Shown here piece after piece: positions 49,291-60,618 of a stretch of DNA of 64,000 nt. Where the stretch lies: NCBI GenBank assembly GCA_951804945.1, contig OX638155.1:14942001-15006000 (forward strand), read 5' to 3'. How positions within the stretch are numbered: the first letter of the stretch is position 1; the number at the start of each line of letters is the position of its first letter. The position numbers and the translations under genes were made by a program. The stretch comes from Podarcis cretensis (lineage: Eukaryota). The notes beneath the pieces were generated by a model. That model had not been told where the DNA came from. It saw nothing but the letters and a program-made list of their open reading frames with translations, and made no database searches.

Positions 49291-49550
49291 GAGCCAATGT
49301 GCCCTAGTGGTTAAGAGCAGTGGACTTGTAATCTGGTGAACCGGGTGCGTGTCTCCACTCCTCCACATGCAGCTGCTGGGTGACCTTGGGGTCGTCACAC
49401 TTCTCCGAAGTCTCTCAGCCTCACTCACCTCACAGTGTGTTTGTTGTGGGGGAGGAAGGGAATGGAGATTGTGAGATCACTACCTTAGGGTAGTGATAAA
49501 GCGGGATATCAAATCCAAACTCTTCTTCTTCTTCTTCTTCTTCTTCTTCT
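49291..49550 (+). mobile_element. Squam3-like tRNA/CORE SINE with (TCT)n tail
   Basis: TAGTGGTTAAGAGC box A, CTGGGTGACCTTGGG core, GCGGGATATCAAATCCAAAC followed by about 10 TCT units. Confidence 0.8.
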
Positions 49551-49847
49551 TGGGAAGGAGATGGGAGGGCTCTAGGACCCTGCCAAAGCCTCGCACCACC
49601 TTCCCAGAGCATGGTACCTAATTTATCTGGCTTTGGGAAGGCAGCATGGGGGGTGGGGAATTTTGTGCCAAGGTGACAACCGTTGTGGTTGAGTGGGTAG
49701 CTAGGGAGCAGCAGGAAGCCATGTTTTCCTCTGTTCTAATTACTTTGCGTTTAATGAAAGTTTAGATTTAATATTGCTCGTGTAAGCTCTGAATATTGCA
49801 CCATCCGAATATTTAGCATCCTTCCAGCCTACTCGCTTGCTTTTTTA

Positions 49848-49848
<1 letters not shown>

Positions 49849-49907
<59 letters not shown>
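49849..49907. repeat. (AAT)n microsatellite
   Basis: About 19-20 perfect AAT units. Confidence 0.95.
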
Positions 49908-49908
<1 letters not shown>

Positions 49909-50107
49909 GATGTTCAGACTTTCCGAGGATGTCAAATTCAGGATACTGAATTCTGAACTTACACAAAATGCGCACGGCCCTGGTTATCACGGTATAAGGA
50001 TATGAGCGAAAAGCTGGCTTGCAACGCAATAGACTCTTGCTTTCTCAGAGAGGTCTGCGGCATGTCTGGCATTCTTGTCTAATGTGTTTTGTTTCCTCTC
50101 TTTCCAG

Positions 50108-50299
50108 AATGTGTATGTAAACATAAACCGCATCATGTCTGTAGCCAACCGTTTGGTGGAATCCGGTCACTATGCCTCGCAGCAAATCAAGCAGATTGCT
50201 AGCCAGTTGGAGCAGGAATGGAAAGCGTTTGCTGCAGCGCTGGATGAGCGGAGTACCTTATTGGACATGTCGGCCATTTTCCACCAGAAATCGGAGCAG
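50108..50299 (+). CDS. TRIO: TRIO coding exon (exon 7 equivalent), spectrin repeat
   Basis: ctctttccag|AATGTGTAT ... GAGCAG|gtcagt; 192 nt; NVYVNINRIMSVANRLVESGHYASQQIKQIASQLEQEWKAFAAALDERSTLLDMSAIFHQKSEQ. Confidence 0.97.
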
Positions 50300-50442
50300 G
50301 TCAGTAATTCTGCACAGCAGCAACAGCAGACTGAGCATGCACGGTCTCATTTAATCTTGAAATGGGTTTTGCCTCTCATGAGCCCCAGTTTGTATGTTTG
50401 CCTCTTAAAAGGGCTTTGGGACAGGGCAAGTTCCTGGTTTCT

Positions 50443-50916
50443 TGTTTCTTTTAGAATAATTTTTATTAGTTTTCAATTATATCCCAATAATAGCCTCATT
50501 ATAGCAATGCCAAGTGATAATACAATTATTAATACCAATAATTCAAATACCAAATTATATGATTTAGATAAGGTGCCCTCCCCCATGAGCTAGAATTGAT
50601 GGCTTGATTATTTGCTTTATTTCTGTGTTCCAAAATTTCCATTACATTCCAGTCATCATAATAATCCCTCACACAACAACTGCAGTATTCATAACTTCTG
50701 TTCGTGTTGACACATTAAGTGATTTTTAAAACTACAAGTGAGGAACTCAAACTATATCCTTGTTCTTCCTCTGTGTGGCAGTTATCTTGTCCGTGGTGTT
50801 TCTTCCTGTCCTTGTAAGATGTTATACCTTTCTTTCCCCCGGTTGTTGCTGTTATCTATCATGCCTTGGGCGAAGCTGATATCCCATTGTTGTTCCAGAA
50901 ATTTCTCCATTGCTCC
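50443..50916 (-). mobile_element. 5'-truncated polyadenylated non-LTR (L1-type) insertion
   Basis: Perfect 18-bp TSD GGCAAGTTCCTGGTTTCT at 50425-50442 and 50917-50934; T-rich end with TTTATT. Confidence 0.78.
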
Positions 50917-51231
50917 GGCAAGTTCCTGGTTTCTGTTGATCCTCAAACCTGCTCCAAGTCCCTTTGGCTTGAGATCCTTGCTTTGGACAAGGGACAAGGG
51001 CCATCGCTCCTCAACATATCCTCACTGTAGCCGTAACACCTCCCATATTTTGCTAGAAGGAACAAGGAAATCCTCGTCTTGATTTTGGTTTTTCTTATTC
51101 CCTCCAGCAAAACACACACAAGGTGCATAGGTCTGCCCATCGTCCTCAAAGCATGGGCAAGTTGAAGGATTTCATGGCAAGCCTGCTTGTAACTTGCCTG
51201 TAACTGCTTTGGGAATTGGTGGTCACTAAAA

Positions 51232-51570
51232 GCTGTGGGCTAAACCACAGAGCCCAGGACTCGCTGATCAGAAGGTCAGCGGTTTGAATCCCTGCGATGG
51301 GGTGAGCTCCCGTTGCTTGGTCCCTGCTCCTTCCGACCTAGCAGTTCGAAAGCACATCAAAGTGCAAGTAGATAAATAGGTACTGCTCCGGCGGGAAGGT
51401 AAACAGCGTTTCCGTGCGCTGCTCTGGTTCGCCAGATGCGGCTTAGTCATGCTGGCCACATGACCCAGAAGCTGTACGCCGGCTCCCTCGGCCAATAAAG
51501 CGAGATGAGTGCCGCAACCCCAGAGTTGGTCACGACTGGACCTAATGGTCAGGGGTCTCTTTACCTTTAC
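51232..51570 (+). mobile_element. Sauria SINE, slightly 5'-truncated
   Basis: Conserved body, TTTACCTTTAC tail; short TSD AAGCT. Confidence 0.9.
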
Positions 51571-52185
51571 AAGCTACAAATAAGCTTTTTTAAAAAATGT
51601 GATGCCTTGTTAAGAGGCAAACGTACGACGTGGTCTTGGAACTCACCTGCTGGTGAGTAAAAAAGCATAAGCAAAAGCAGTTGTTTGTGCCAATAAAGTT
51701 CCAGCGTCTTGAATGGCATCATGAGAGTTCCACCGTCTACATTATCCATCAAACGTTTTGCAAGGATTGTAGAGGATAACTAGAAAGCTGAGGACTCTGG
51801 GATGCAAGATTAAAATTAAAAGTTTAACCTGAGGCAAGCGTTTGACTAGGGTCTCTAGCTGCAGGCGTTCTCGGCTATTTAAAGTAACAGTTCTAAGTTA
51901 TGCGTAGCCACAAGTGAATTAAAAACCTGATTTAGTGAGAAGCAGGCATAAATGTTCCTCTTATCCCCTGGAGGGCCGTCTCTATAAGTAGAGCGTGTCT
52001 TCCTTAAGGGAATGAGCTGCTCACTTGCAAACTCGGCTTTGAGTTGCCCGTCAGTTTTGTTTCTGTTATAGTTAGTGGTGTTACTTAATTGTCCTTTTAT
52101 TTAGCTAAACGAAAGAGTGAAATATACGGAGCGGCTCTCTTTGACTTGCTGCGGCTGAAGTTTTGTATTTGTCTCTCTAGATGTG

Positions 52186-52865
52186 ATTTTTTTTAAATTC
52201 CATTTTACAATTAAGATTAACATTCAAATGAAAATCATAATCATACACTTATAAGATTCCCTGAATCTTTGGGCTTCCCTTTGCCCCTCCCTGGGTTCCA
52301 TTGTAAGTCTTTTTTCATCTGCGTTGTATAATGTTCTCCATTTATCAGTTAACTTTCATTTTTATCACAGTTCTTGTTACGTTACAAGTGTTGTTAAAAT
52401 CCTGCCAATGTTTTTAATTGTTTACGGTGTTCTTTAAGGTAACTTATAAATTTTCCCCATTCTTTATTAAATTGGTTGTCTTCTTGATTTTTGATCTTCC
52501 CAGTCATTTTTGCCATTTTAGCATAGTCCATCATCTTTATCAGCCATTCTTCTCTGATAGGGACTTTGTCTTCCTTCCATCTCTAGGCCAAAAGTAACCT
52601 CACAGCTGTTGTTGCATACATAAATAGTATTTTCTGCTCCTTTGGTATTTCTGCACCTAAAATTCCTAACAAAAAGGCTTCTGGTATTTTCACAAAAGGT
52701 TATTTTAAATATTTTTTTTAATTCATTTTAAATTATTTCCCAGAATGCTTTAGTGATCTTGCACGTCCACCACACATGAAAGAAGGTGCCTTCCTCCTCT
52801 TTACACTTTCAACACGTGTTTGTAGCAGTTCTATACATTTTTGCTAGTTTAGTAGGAGTGATTTA
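52186..52865 (-). mobile_element. L1-like LINE 3' fragment
   Basis: Colinear with 39981-40670 (zinc-knuckle region and the WKEDKVP segment). Confidence 0.78.
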
Positions 52866-52945
52866 GCCCATCAAACAGCGAAGAGGACCAGATTAAAGGA
52901 GAGCAAGCATCTCTATACCTTCAGCAGTTGTGAAGAATAGTCAAT

Positions 52946-53194
52946 ATTTCATATAGTTCTAGAAGAACTATATGAAATATTGCAGAAAAGATTTATGAGA
53001 CTGGATTTTAAGCTATGGGTTATTAGAAGTAATAGGATAACAAATATAAGATTAAGAGATGAGGTTTAAAATCATTAGACGTGGTTGATGGAAGTCTCAG
53101 GCTAAAATAGCCAAAATGTTGCATGAGATGAGATGATATCTTCTGTTTGGAAAATATATGTAAAAACTAATAAAAATGTATATTAAGAAAAAAT
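52946..53194 (+). mobile_element. L1-like 3' UTR insertion
   Basis: AATAAA plus A-rich tail; direct repeat AATAGTCAAT at 52936-52945 and 53195-53204. Confidence 0.55.
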
Positions 53195-54100
53195 AATAGT
53201 CAATTCTGGCAGGGGCAGCTTTTTAAAATAGCTGCACATAAAAACGCTGCAACCTGCCAAGGTAGTATATTAATCTTGTTTTTAAGTTGTATTCATTCAA
53301 CTTGTTTTTATTATTGCTTATTGCTTGGCTGGGGAGGGCGGGGTATAAATAAAATTTATTATTATTATTATTATATTGCTATTAGTAGAGCAAAAGAGGG
53401 ATGAATGTGGCACAGATGGGAGACTTTGTACCAAAACTGAACATGGAACTGGGTTGATTTTGCTTGTGGTGGAGCAGTGGCTAATAAGACATGGAAGACC
53501 CAGATTCAAGTCCTACCTCACCTAAGGGAAATCCCTGAGCAGGTACACTATCTCTTGCAGAGAGAACTGAGGTCCTGAGTTCAGATATCACAACCTGCCC
53601 AGGGCTGCTGTATGGGGATGATGATAAATGCTAAGTTTTTGGGGAGGGATCATAGCTTAGAATACATGGTTTGCCAGCAAAAAGTCAGTTCTTGGGGTCT
53701 TTAGCAGAAAAGCTGACCAGACTGGGAAAGAGAGAGACCTCGAAGACAGTTGCCAGTTGGGGTAGATGGCATTGGACTGGACCCAATGGCAGGTTCTTCA
53801 TCTGTCATCTTCAAGGGGTTTGGTGCTTACCTATGTTGTGAGTTCAGATATTGGCAATGGGTTCGGTCTACCAGGAGGCAGGTTCCTCCGTAAAGTCAGT
53901 CAGTTTCCCCTCCTTCTGCTGGAGATAGTTGAGGGTTTTAGGATCTGGTTTGCTTCCCAGTTCTGGGCCATGATTCCCTGGCTACTGCTGCTGCTTTTTA
54001 GTAGATCCTATGAGATTAAAATAACACCATAAGGAATTTGGGTGACAGGAATGCATGCCACTTAGGCCTATAAGGGATGCATATGATGGTCTGCATACAG

Positions 54101-54350
54101 CAGGGGTCAGCAAACTTTTTCAGCAGGGGGCCGGTCCACTGTCCCTCAGACCTTATGGGGGGCCGGACTATACTTTTTTGGGGGAAATGAACGACTTCCT
54201 ATGCCCCACAAATAACCCAGAGATACATTTTAAATAAAAGCACACATTCTACTCATGTAGAAACATGCTGATTCCCAGACCGTGCATGGGCCAGATTTAG
54301 AAGTCGATTGGGCCGGATCCGGCCCCTGGGCCTTAGTTTGCCTACCCATG
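54101..54350. mobile_element. hAT-type MITE
   Basis: CAGGGGTCAGCAAAC ... GTTTGCCTACCCATG; flanks GCATACAG/ACATCCAG; sister copy at 62227. Confidence 0.8.
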
Positions 54351-55380
54351 ACATCCAGCCTTCTTTCTCATTCCCAGTTTGCGTTATAGTGCTTGCCTTA
54401 TAGTACTAATGCCAGTTTGAGCATGCTTCTGTTTCACAAGCAAAAGTTTGCATTGCGTAATTTCAGAACAAAAAGGGTGAATTGCTTGCAGCCAACTTGC
54501 TATTGGACAATGCGTCTACGGTCCCCCAAGTGCGCCTGGTCGTTGTGGCATGAGTGCCCAATTGATTAAGAGGGAGAGACTTTCTATTTTCTTTCAGTGT
54601 TCTCCTCTGTGTAAACTAGAGGAGAAATAAAAATAGAACATGTAGGCGGAGTCTGGGACTAATTGAATTAGCCTTATTAATGCATCGTTTTGCTGTGTGC
54701 TTAATTGTAGTGCTTTCGCCACAGGAAAACAGGCTACGAATTATAAGCTAACACCATGACTCTGTATGTTAGGGAGCGTGTTAACAGTGAGGATGATCGG
54801 GCTGCCTGATCCGACAGGATTTTCTGCTGCCAGAAATTGCAGCTGAACCCTTTAAAGATTTTTGGACGCATTTAGAACTGTCCTGTTTCGCATGTCAATT
54901 GAGGTTTGGCTTCGGATTGTTTTAGTGCTTCCATATGTGTTTGTTTCCTCTCCCAAGCCCCTCCACAGCTTAACAAAAGAGCTCTCATTTTACTCAAGCG
55001 ATGTCCCCCCCACCCTTCTTTTACAACTGTCTCTCTGTTGCAGAGGATAGCAAAATAAACGTGTAATTCTTCTTACTTCTTTTTTTCTGAAGGCATCCTA
55101 TTCTTTGATCTGGATTAAGCAAGGGCAGAAACGAATCTGAATTCATGCTAGTAGCTAGCCGAAGAGGTTCCTAAGGCATTCCTGCTATTCCTCATAGACT
55201 TGAGCGTTTTCTGGATAGAAGAGCGCAGGGTTTTAAAGGCAGGCGGATAAAAAGCTTGCCTTCAGGAGGGCTAGTTTGCTCCTTGATTCACCCTTGTTTG
55301 TCTCATGTTATGCACGAAGCCTAATGCAATCTCTCAGTTTACATTCTGGTGCAAATAACTAGGATTTTCTTTCCTTCCAG

Positions 55381-55512
55381 TACATGAGTAACGTGGATTC
55401 CTGGTGCAAGGCCTGTGGAGAGGTAGATCTCCCCTCAGAACTTCAGGACTTGGAGGACTCCATCCATCATCACCAAGGAATATATGAGCACATTACTCTG
55501 GCATATTCTGAG
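55381..55512 (+). CDS. TRIO: TRIO coding exon (exon 8 equivalent), spectrin repeat
   Basis: ttccttccag|TACATGAGT ... TCTGAG|gtaggt; 132 nt; YMSNVDSWCKACGEVDLPSELQDLEDSIHHHQGIYEHITLAYSE; absent from the ORF track. Confidence 0.97.
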
Positions 55513-55775
55513 GTAGGTAACACCGCTGCCCCTATCTTTAAGTGGATTGTTTGTGGGACTTAATCTGATGCAAGGACTGCTTCGCACATTTCACTTTTTA
55601 GCACCGAAAAGCAGCAGTTATAATAACAGTTATAAAGGCATAAGCTTGTAGGGACTGGCGACTCCTTCATTAGATACATGTAGTGTTATCTTCAGTCGAC
55701 GACACACACACACATGAAAACAGAGGTACTCGGGGCAGAGGAGAAGTAATATGTCCGCTGTTTACTTCTCTTGTA

Positions 55776-55992
55776 CAGTGGTACCTCGGGTTAAGAACTT
55801 AATTCATTCCGGAGGTCCGTTCTTAACCTGAAACTGTTCTTAACCTGAGGTACCACTTTAGCTAATGGGGCCTGCCGCGCCGCCGGAGCACAATTTCTGT
55901 TCTCATCCTGAAGCACAGTTCTTAACCCGAGGTACTATTTCTGGGTTAGCAGAGTCTGTAACCTGAAGCGTATGTAACCTGAGGTACCACTG
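55776..55992. mobile_element. Tc1/mariner-type MITE, family A
   Basis: TA-CAGTGGTACCTCGGGTTA ... TAACCTGAGGTACCACTG-TA. Confidence 0.84.
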
Positions 55993-56689
55993 TATATGCA
56001 GTCAGTGACCATTTTGTGTGGGGGTTCCATTCCTGGCCCCCGCATGCGTTGGCGGGGCGAGCATAAGCCTGCCCCCTTATGCCCCTGTTCTGCCCTCTCG
56101 CTGCCCTTTTCCGGGTCCAAAAGGACCCACACGTCAGTCACAGGTCAATTGGATGTATGCAAAATGGTTGCCACCTGTATTTCCAATTGAGGATAACAGT
56201 TGGTTCAACTGATGAAAAGGGGTCTAGTTTGCAAAAGCTTGTGCCCCACTCCCTTTCCTGGAGGGGCCTTTGTTTTTGTTGCTGCTTGGGTGTTCTGTAT
56301 TTTATTGTTAGGTATTGTTTTAGCCTTCATTAGCATAAAATACTGGTTTGCTCTTGGTTGATATTAAGAGTGGGTTTTTGTTAACGTCGTTTCCTGTTTT
56401 GCAACTGTTGATTCATTTTCTTGAAATGTTGTTAACTTTTATTCCGCATGTCACTGTGCTGCATTGAGCATGGTTCTGTCATTATCATTATCATTTTATA
56501 TTTTTAAGAAAAATCTCAAAGCGGTTTACAGCACATTAAAACATCAACAAAATGATCCAGAATTAAACTTTACTGAAGAAAGTAAAATATGAAGCATACA
56601 GGTTCAAAGCATCATAATGAACAGGAAACTAAAATATTAAAAGATTTCGAAATAAAATGTTACAAAGGAGGTCATCTATAGAATACATA

Positions 56690-57053
56690 CCGTATTTTTC
56701 GCTCTATAACACGCACCAGACCATAACACGCACGTAGTTTTTAGAGGAGGAAAACAAGAAAAAAAATATTCTAAACGAAATAGTGGATATATGATTTTTG
56801 TGCTTCATGCTGTGGCCACAGACATGTGATCTGACAGTGAGTTTGGAGTAGCCCAATGCAAAAATCCTGAGAATCCATGTGGATCCATGCTTTGTAACCA
56901 CGGAGGAGGGAAGGAAGGGGAACCATGGATCCTCTGCTCACGACTGTAGCAGATCCCCCCCGCCACCCGCAGGCATTCGCTCCATAACACGCACAGACAT
57001 TTCCCCTTACTTTCTAGGAGGAAAAAAGTGAGTGTTATGGTGCAAAAATACGG
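56690..57053. mobile_element. Tc1/mariner-type (Tc2-like) MITE
   Basis: TA-CCGTATTTTTCGCTCTATAACAC ... GTGTTATGGTGCAAAAATACGG-TA; repeated ATAACACGCAC. Confidence 0.78.
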
Positions 57054-57128
57054 TATTTAACACAAACATGGTTCTATCAGCATGCAAATAGACTCATGAT
57101 ATTAATAATAAATACAAACGTGTTGGAG

Positions 57129-57235
57129 TAAGGTTACCAGATTTTTTTCAAGGAATCCGGGGACACTTTTCAACTTCAGTGGATTTTGTATGGGGACTGA
57201 TTTGTAAATCTGGGGACTGTCGTCTGGTAACCTTA
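57129..57235. mobile_element. hAT-type MITE
   Basis: TAAGGTTACCAGA ... TCTGGTAACCTTA perfect 13-bp TIR; internal GGGGAC repeats; flanks TGTTGGAG/CGTTGGAA. Confidence 0.78.
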
Positions 57236-57785
57236 CGTTGGAAAGTATTCTGCTGCTTTTGCTACGACAGATTAACCCCGTTTTTCTTCTGGAAATGTTT
57301 AAGCTTTTTACGTGTACGCAAAGATGCTTTAAGTGCACAGTTTCAACTGTGCAGTGCAAATGTCAGGCATACAGTTTGCAAACGTGTGCGATACGAATTT
57401 GCTGATTTGGGAAGGAGCTGGGATTGGCTGCAGCTCCCTGTTGAGAGTGCATCTGTAGCAAAGCCAGATTTGCTTCTGTGTGAAAGGCCCTAAGGGCTGA
57501 ATACTACTAGGGACATTTCATGCTGTTTTTCTGTGGGCTGTGTGCAAGCATAATGCCATTAATTAATTTGACTTGTTGCCTCATGGATGCAGCATTGATT
57601 TGATCATTTGGTTTGGGCCTCACAACAAATGCTGGCTTTGTTTCACGTTATCTTGGCGGGGAGGAGGTGCTATAGCTGTTAGATATATTGTTAGATCAAT
57701 AAAACAGCTGACCTGTGAATTTCACCGCATTTGTTGAGGTGATGGGTGCACTCAGTTTTTACCCAGGTTCCCTTCCTTGCTAGGG

Positions 57786-57950
57786 NNNNNNNNNNNNNNN
57801 NNNNNNNNNNNNNNNNNNNNNNNNNNNNNNNNNNNNNNNNNNNNNNNNNNNNNNNNNNNNNNNNNNNNNNNNNNNNNNNNNNNNNNNNNNNNNNNNNNNN
57901 NNNNNNNNNNNNNNNNNNNNNNNNNNNNNNNNNNNNNNNNNNNNNNNNNN
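57786..57950. other. Assembly gap (165 N)
   Basis: Run of N. Confidence 0.99.
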
Positions 57951-59532
57951 TAAGGTCCCAGGGCAGATAGAAGCAACGAAAACAGTACTATTTAAAATAA
58001 AACCAAGCAACCATCCACAATGGGTATCAGGTTAATTTCCGGTTTCCAGGTGGGTCACAAATACTTTTCAGCTGTCAAAGGCAAGGGTAAAGAGATATGA
58101 AGAAAGCAGAATGATGTGATGCTAAATGAACCTCTGTAGGCAATAAATTTCACAATTTGGGGGATACCTGAAAGAAGCCTCCTTCTGGGCTGCCCCTCCT
58201 TGAACTTCTCAGGTTGGTGGAGATATGAGGACAGCTTCTGCTGCTGAGCTTCACACCTAGGATGGTCTGTAGGAGAATCAATTGATCTTTTGGGGAAATG
58301 TAAGTCTTTTCAGTCTTCCTGGCAGCCTTCAGTCCCCTACCCCCTGCCGCCCCTTACAGTGTGCTCTACCTTTACACTTGGAAAGCTTTCCATTCTGTGC
58401 TTTTTCTTCTCTAGCTCTTGACTACAGAACATTCTTTGCATTTTTCTCTTCCCTCCACACCCAACTGCTTTTTCCTAAATCTTCACAGTAATTGCTGTGG
58501 AAGCCTGAGGAGAGGCAAGTAGAATGATAGTTTTGTTCATGAATCGGGTAGTTGTGAAGTGTCCCTGATCCTCTTTACCAACTTCAGACACCCGTCAGCT
58601 TATTAGTGTCCCTCAATATAGTTTGACAGTGATAACCTTGAAGACTTGTTTTAGTAAAGTATTGGCCTTGTTCTGTATACTGGCCAGAGGAGGCATAGAT
58701 CTAACCTCACTTGCGTATCCTTTGAGGTTGAAATGTTCCCGTCAATTTCTTTCAGTATCCATCTTGCCTGTCTTTCGATTAACTTCAGTGTGTGGGCAGG
58801 AACACTAAAACAAGTATTTTCTGTGCTTCTATTCTCCAACCATTATATTAAACAAACAAACCTGTGAAAAACCAGAAATACTGTGTGTACAACATCCACC
58901 CTTATACCCAAGAGATCCAGAGCAGAAGAGCAGTTTCTGTTTATCAAGAGTCAATCAGATTGTTGGTAAATACAAATGTGACATCTCACATTCTTGTGGG
59001 ATAGCGGTCCATCATGACTCTACCTGTTCTCCAAAAGCAAAAAATGCACCTAAACCTGAAGGAAGGTGGGCATTGGCCTTCCTCAACCCCAGCCCATTTC
59101 CTGCCTCTTCTTAATTTTGTCTTAGTCCTTGCTTCTTGCGAGTTAGTAATGTGACCTCTCACATTACTATCTGCATGCAGCAAAGGGAGTTAGGTGGGAG
59201 TTGGCAATCTGCTCCCGATCCCAGAACTCCTGGAGGCTTTGAAGAGTAGGGAGAGAATTGGCATCTGAAGGCGCACCCAAAATAATCCCTCGTTTTGCTC
59301 AGTCAGTCGTTGCCATCTGTAGCTGAAATATGAACGCTGCACCTTTGACTCGGAGCTATCTTGGCAGAGAGGAAAAAGGACATTCTTCTAATAGTGCATG
59401 TTGATACAAACTGAAGTCATTTCCCCCCCTCTAGAAGAGGCAGCCAACACCTTAAATGAGCCCCGTGGCCACTTTTTCTCTACTGGAGTCAAATGATGGA
59501 GACGCAGGGAGGAATTCAGTGTTGCACTAAAT

Positions 59533-59669
59533 CAGGCTTCCTCAACCTCGGCCCTCCAGATGTTTTTTGGCCTACAACTCCCATGATCCCTCGCTAGCAG
59601 GACCAGTGGTCAGGGATGATGGGAATTGTAGTCTCAAAACATCTGGAGGGGCCAGTTTGAGGAAGCCTG
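59533..59669. mobile_element. hAT-type palindromic MITE
   Basis: Sister of 10356-10492; TSD CACTAAAT/CACTGAAT. Confidence 0.83.
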
Positions 59670-60289
59670 CACTGAATAAACATACGTTCCCTCAATACAA
59701 GCATTTCCTATTGACCTCACCCTGCCCTATGTTATGTTCTGGGGGTCCTCCCAACGCCCTAGAGCAAGTTGGGGTGGCAAAAGAGGGGAGAAAACCCCAC
59801 TGCTTTTGTGAGAACCATTGTAGTGGCTCCTACCAGAACTACTTATTTGAACCTGGCCTTCAAAATCCCAGCCTTTTGGGTGAACCAGTTTCTGTTCCTT
59901 CACCCCCAGTGCCAGAGATGAAATCACCGCTTTGCTATAACTTCAGTACATAAATGTGCTGTGTGCCATTGGCTATATGTGGGGGTTTGCAGCAGTTGGC
60001 GTCCAAGAAGCAGCTCTCTGTAGTAAGCTTTCACAGCAGGAAGATGCTCTAGGGCAAGAGTGTGGAAACCTTATGTCCCCCGTGGGCCAACTTTGACAAG
60101 TTGTTGCCCCGAGTAAGTAATGAGGTTTCTTAAGAACCTACCCAATACAGTTACAAAAGAATAAAAGTTTCCTCAAGGAGAGTATGTAGCTTTGTGTCCT
60201 TTTAAGGTTCCTGACTAATGCAAAAAACAACAACAAAGAGAGATGAGGTGAGGGAGCAGGATTCGAGAGGCAATGGAAGGGCGATAATA

Positions 60290-60618
60290 AGAATGATAAT
60301 TTTATTATTTGTACCCGACTCATCTGACTGGGTTGCCCCAGCCACTATGGGCAGCTTCTAACAGATATAAAAACGTAATAAAACGTCAAACATTAAAAAC
60401 TTCCCTGGACAGGGCTGGCTTTAGACGCCTTTTTAAAGTTGTATAGTTATTTATCTAATGGGAGGGCGTTCTACAGGGCAGGTGCCACTACCAAGAAGGC
60501 CCTCTGCCTGATTTACTTGGATCTCGCTTCTTGCAGTGAGGGAACCAGAAAACCCTCAGAGCTGGATCTCAGTGTCCGGACTGAACGACTGGGTTGGAGA
60601 TGCTTCTTCAGGTTTACA
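60290..60618 (-). mobile_element. L2 LINE 3' fragment
   Basis: Reverse complement of about 47220-47545 (same L2 family). Confidence 0.82.

Noticed and set aside
22605-55512. KALRN as an alternative identity
   Set aside because: The peptide matches recalled TRIO nearly throughout, with few conservative substitutions, and exon sizes agree with recalled TRIO exons 2-8.
57746-58010. ORFs spanning X residues
   Set aside because: Artefacts of the N gap.
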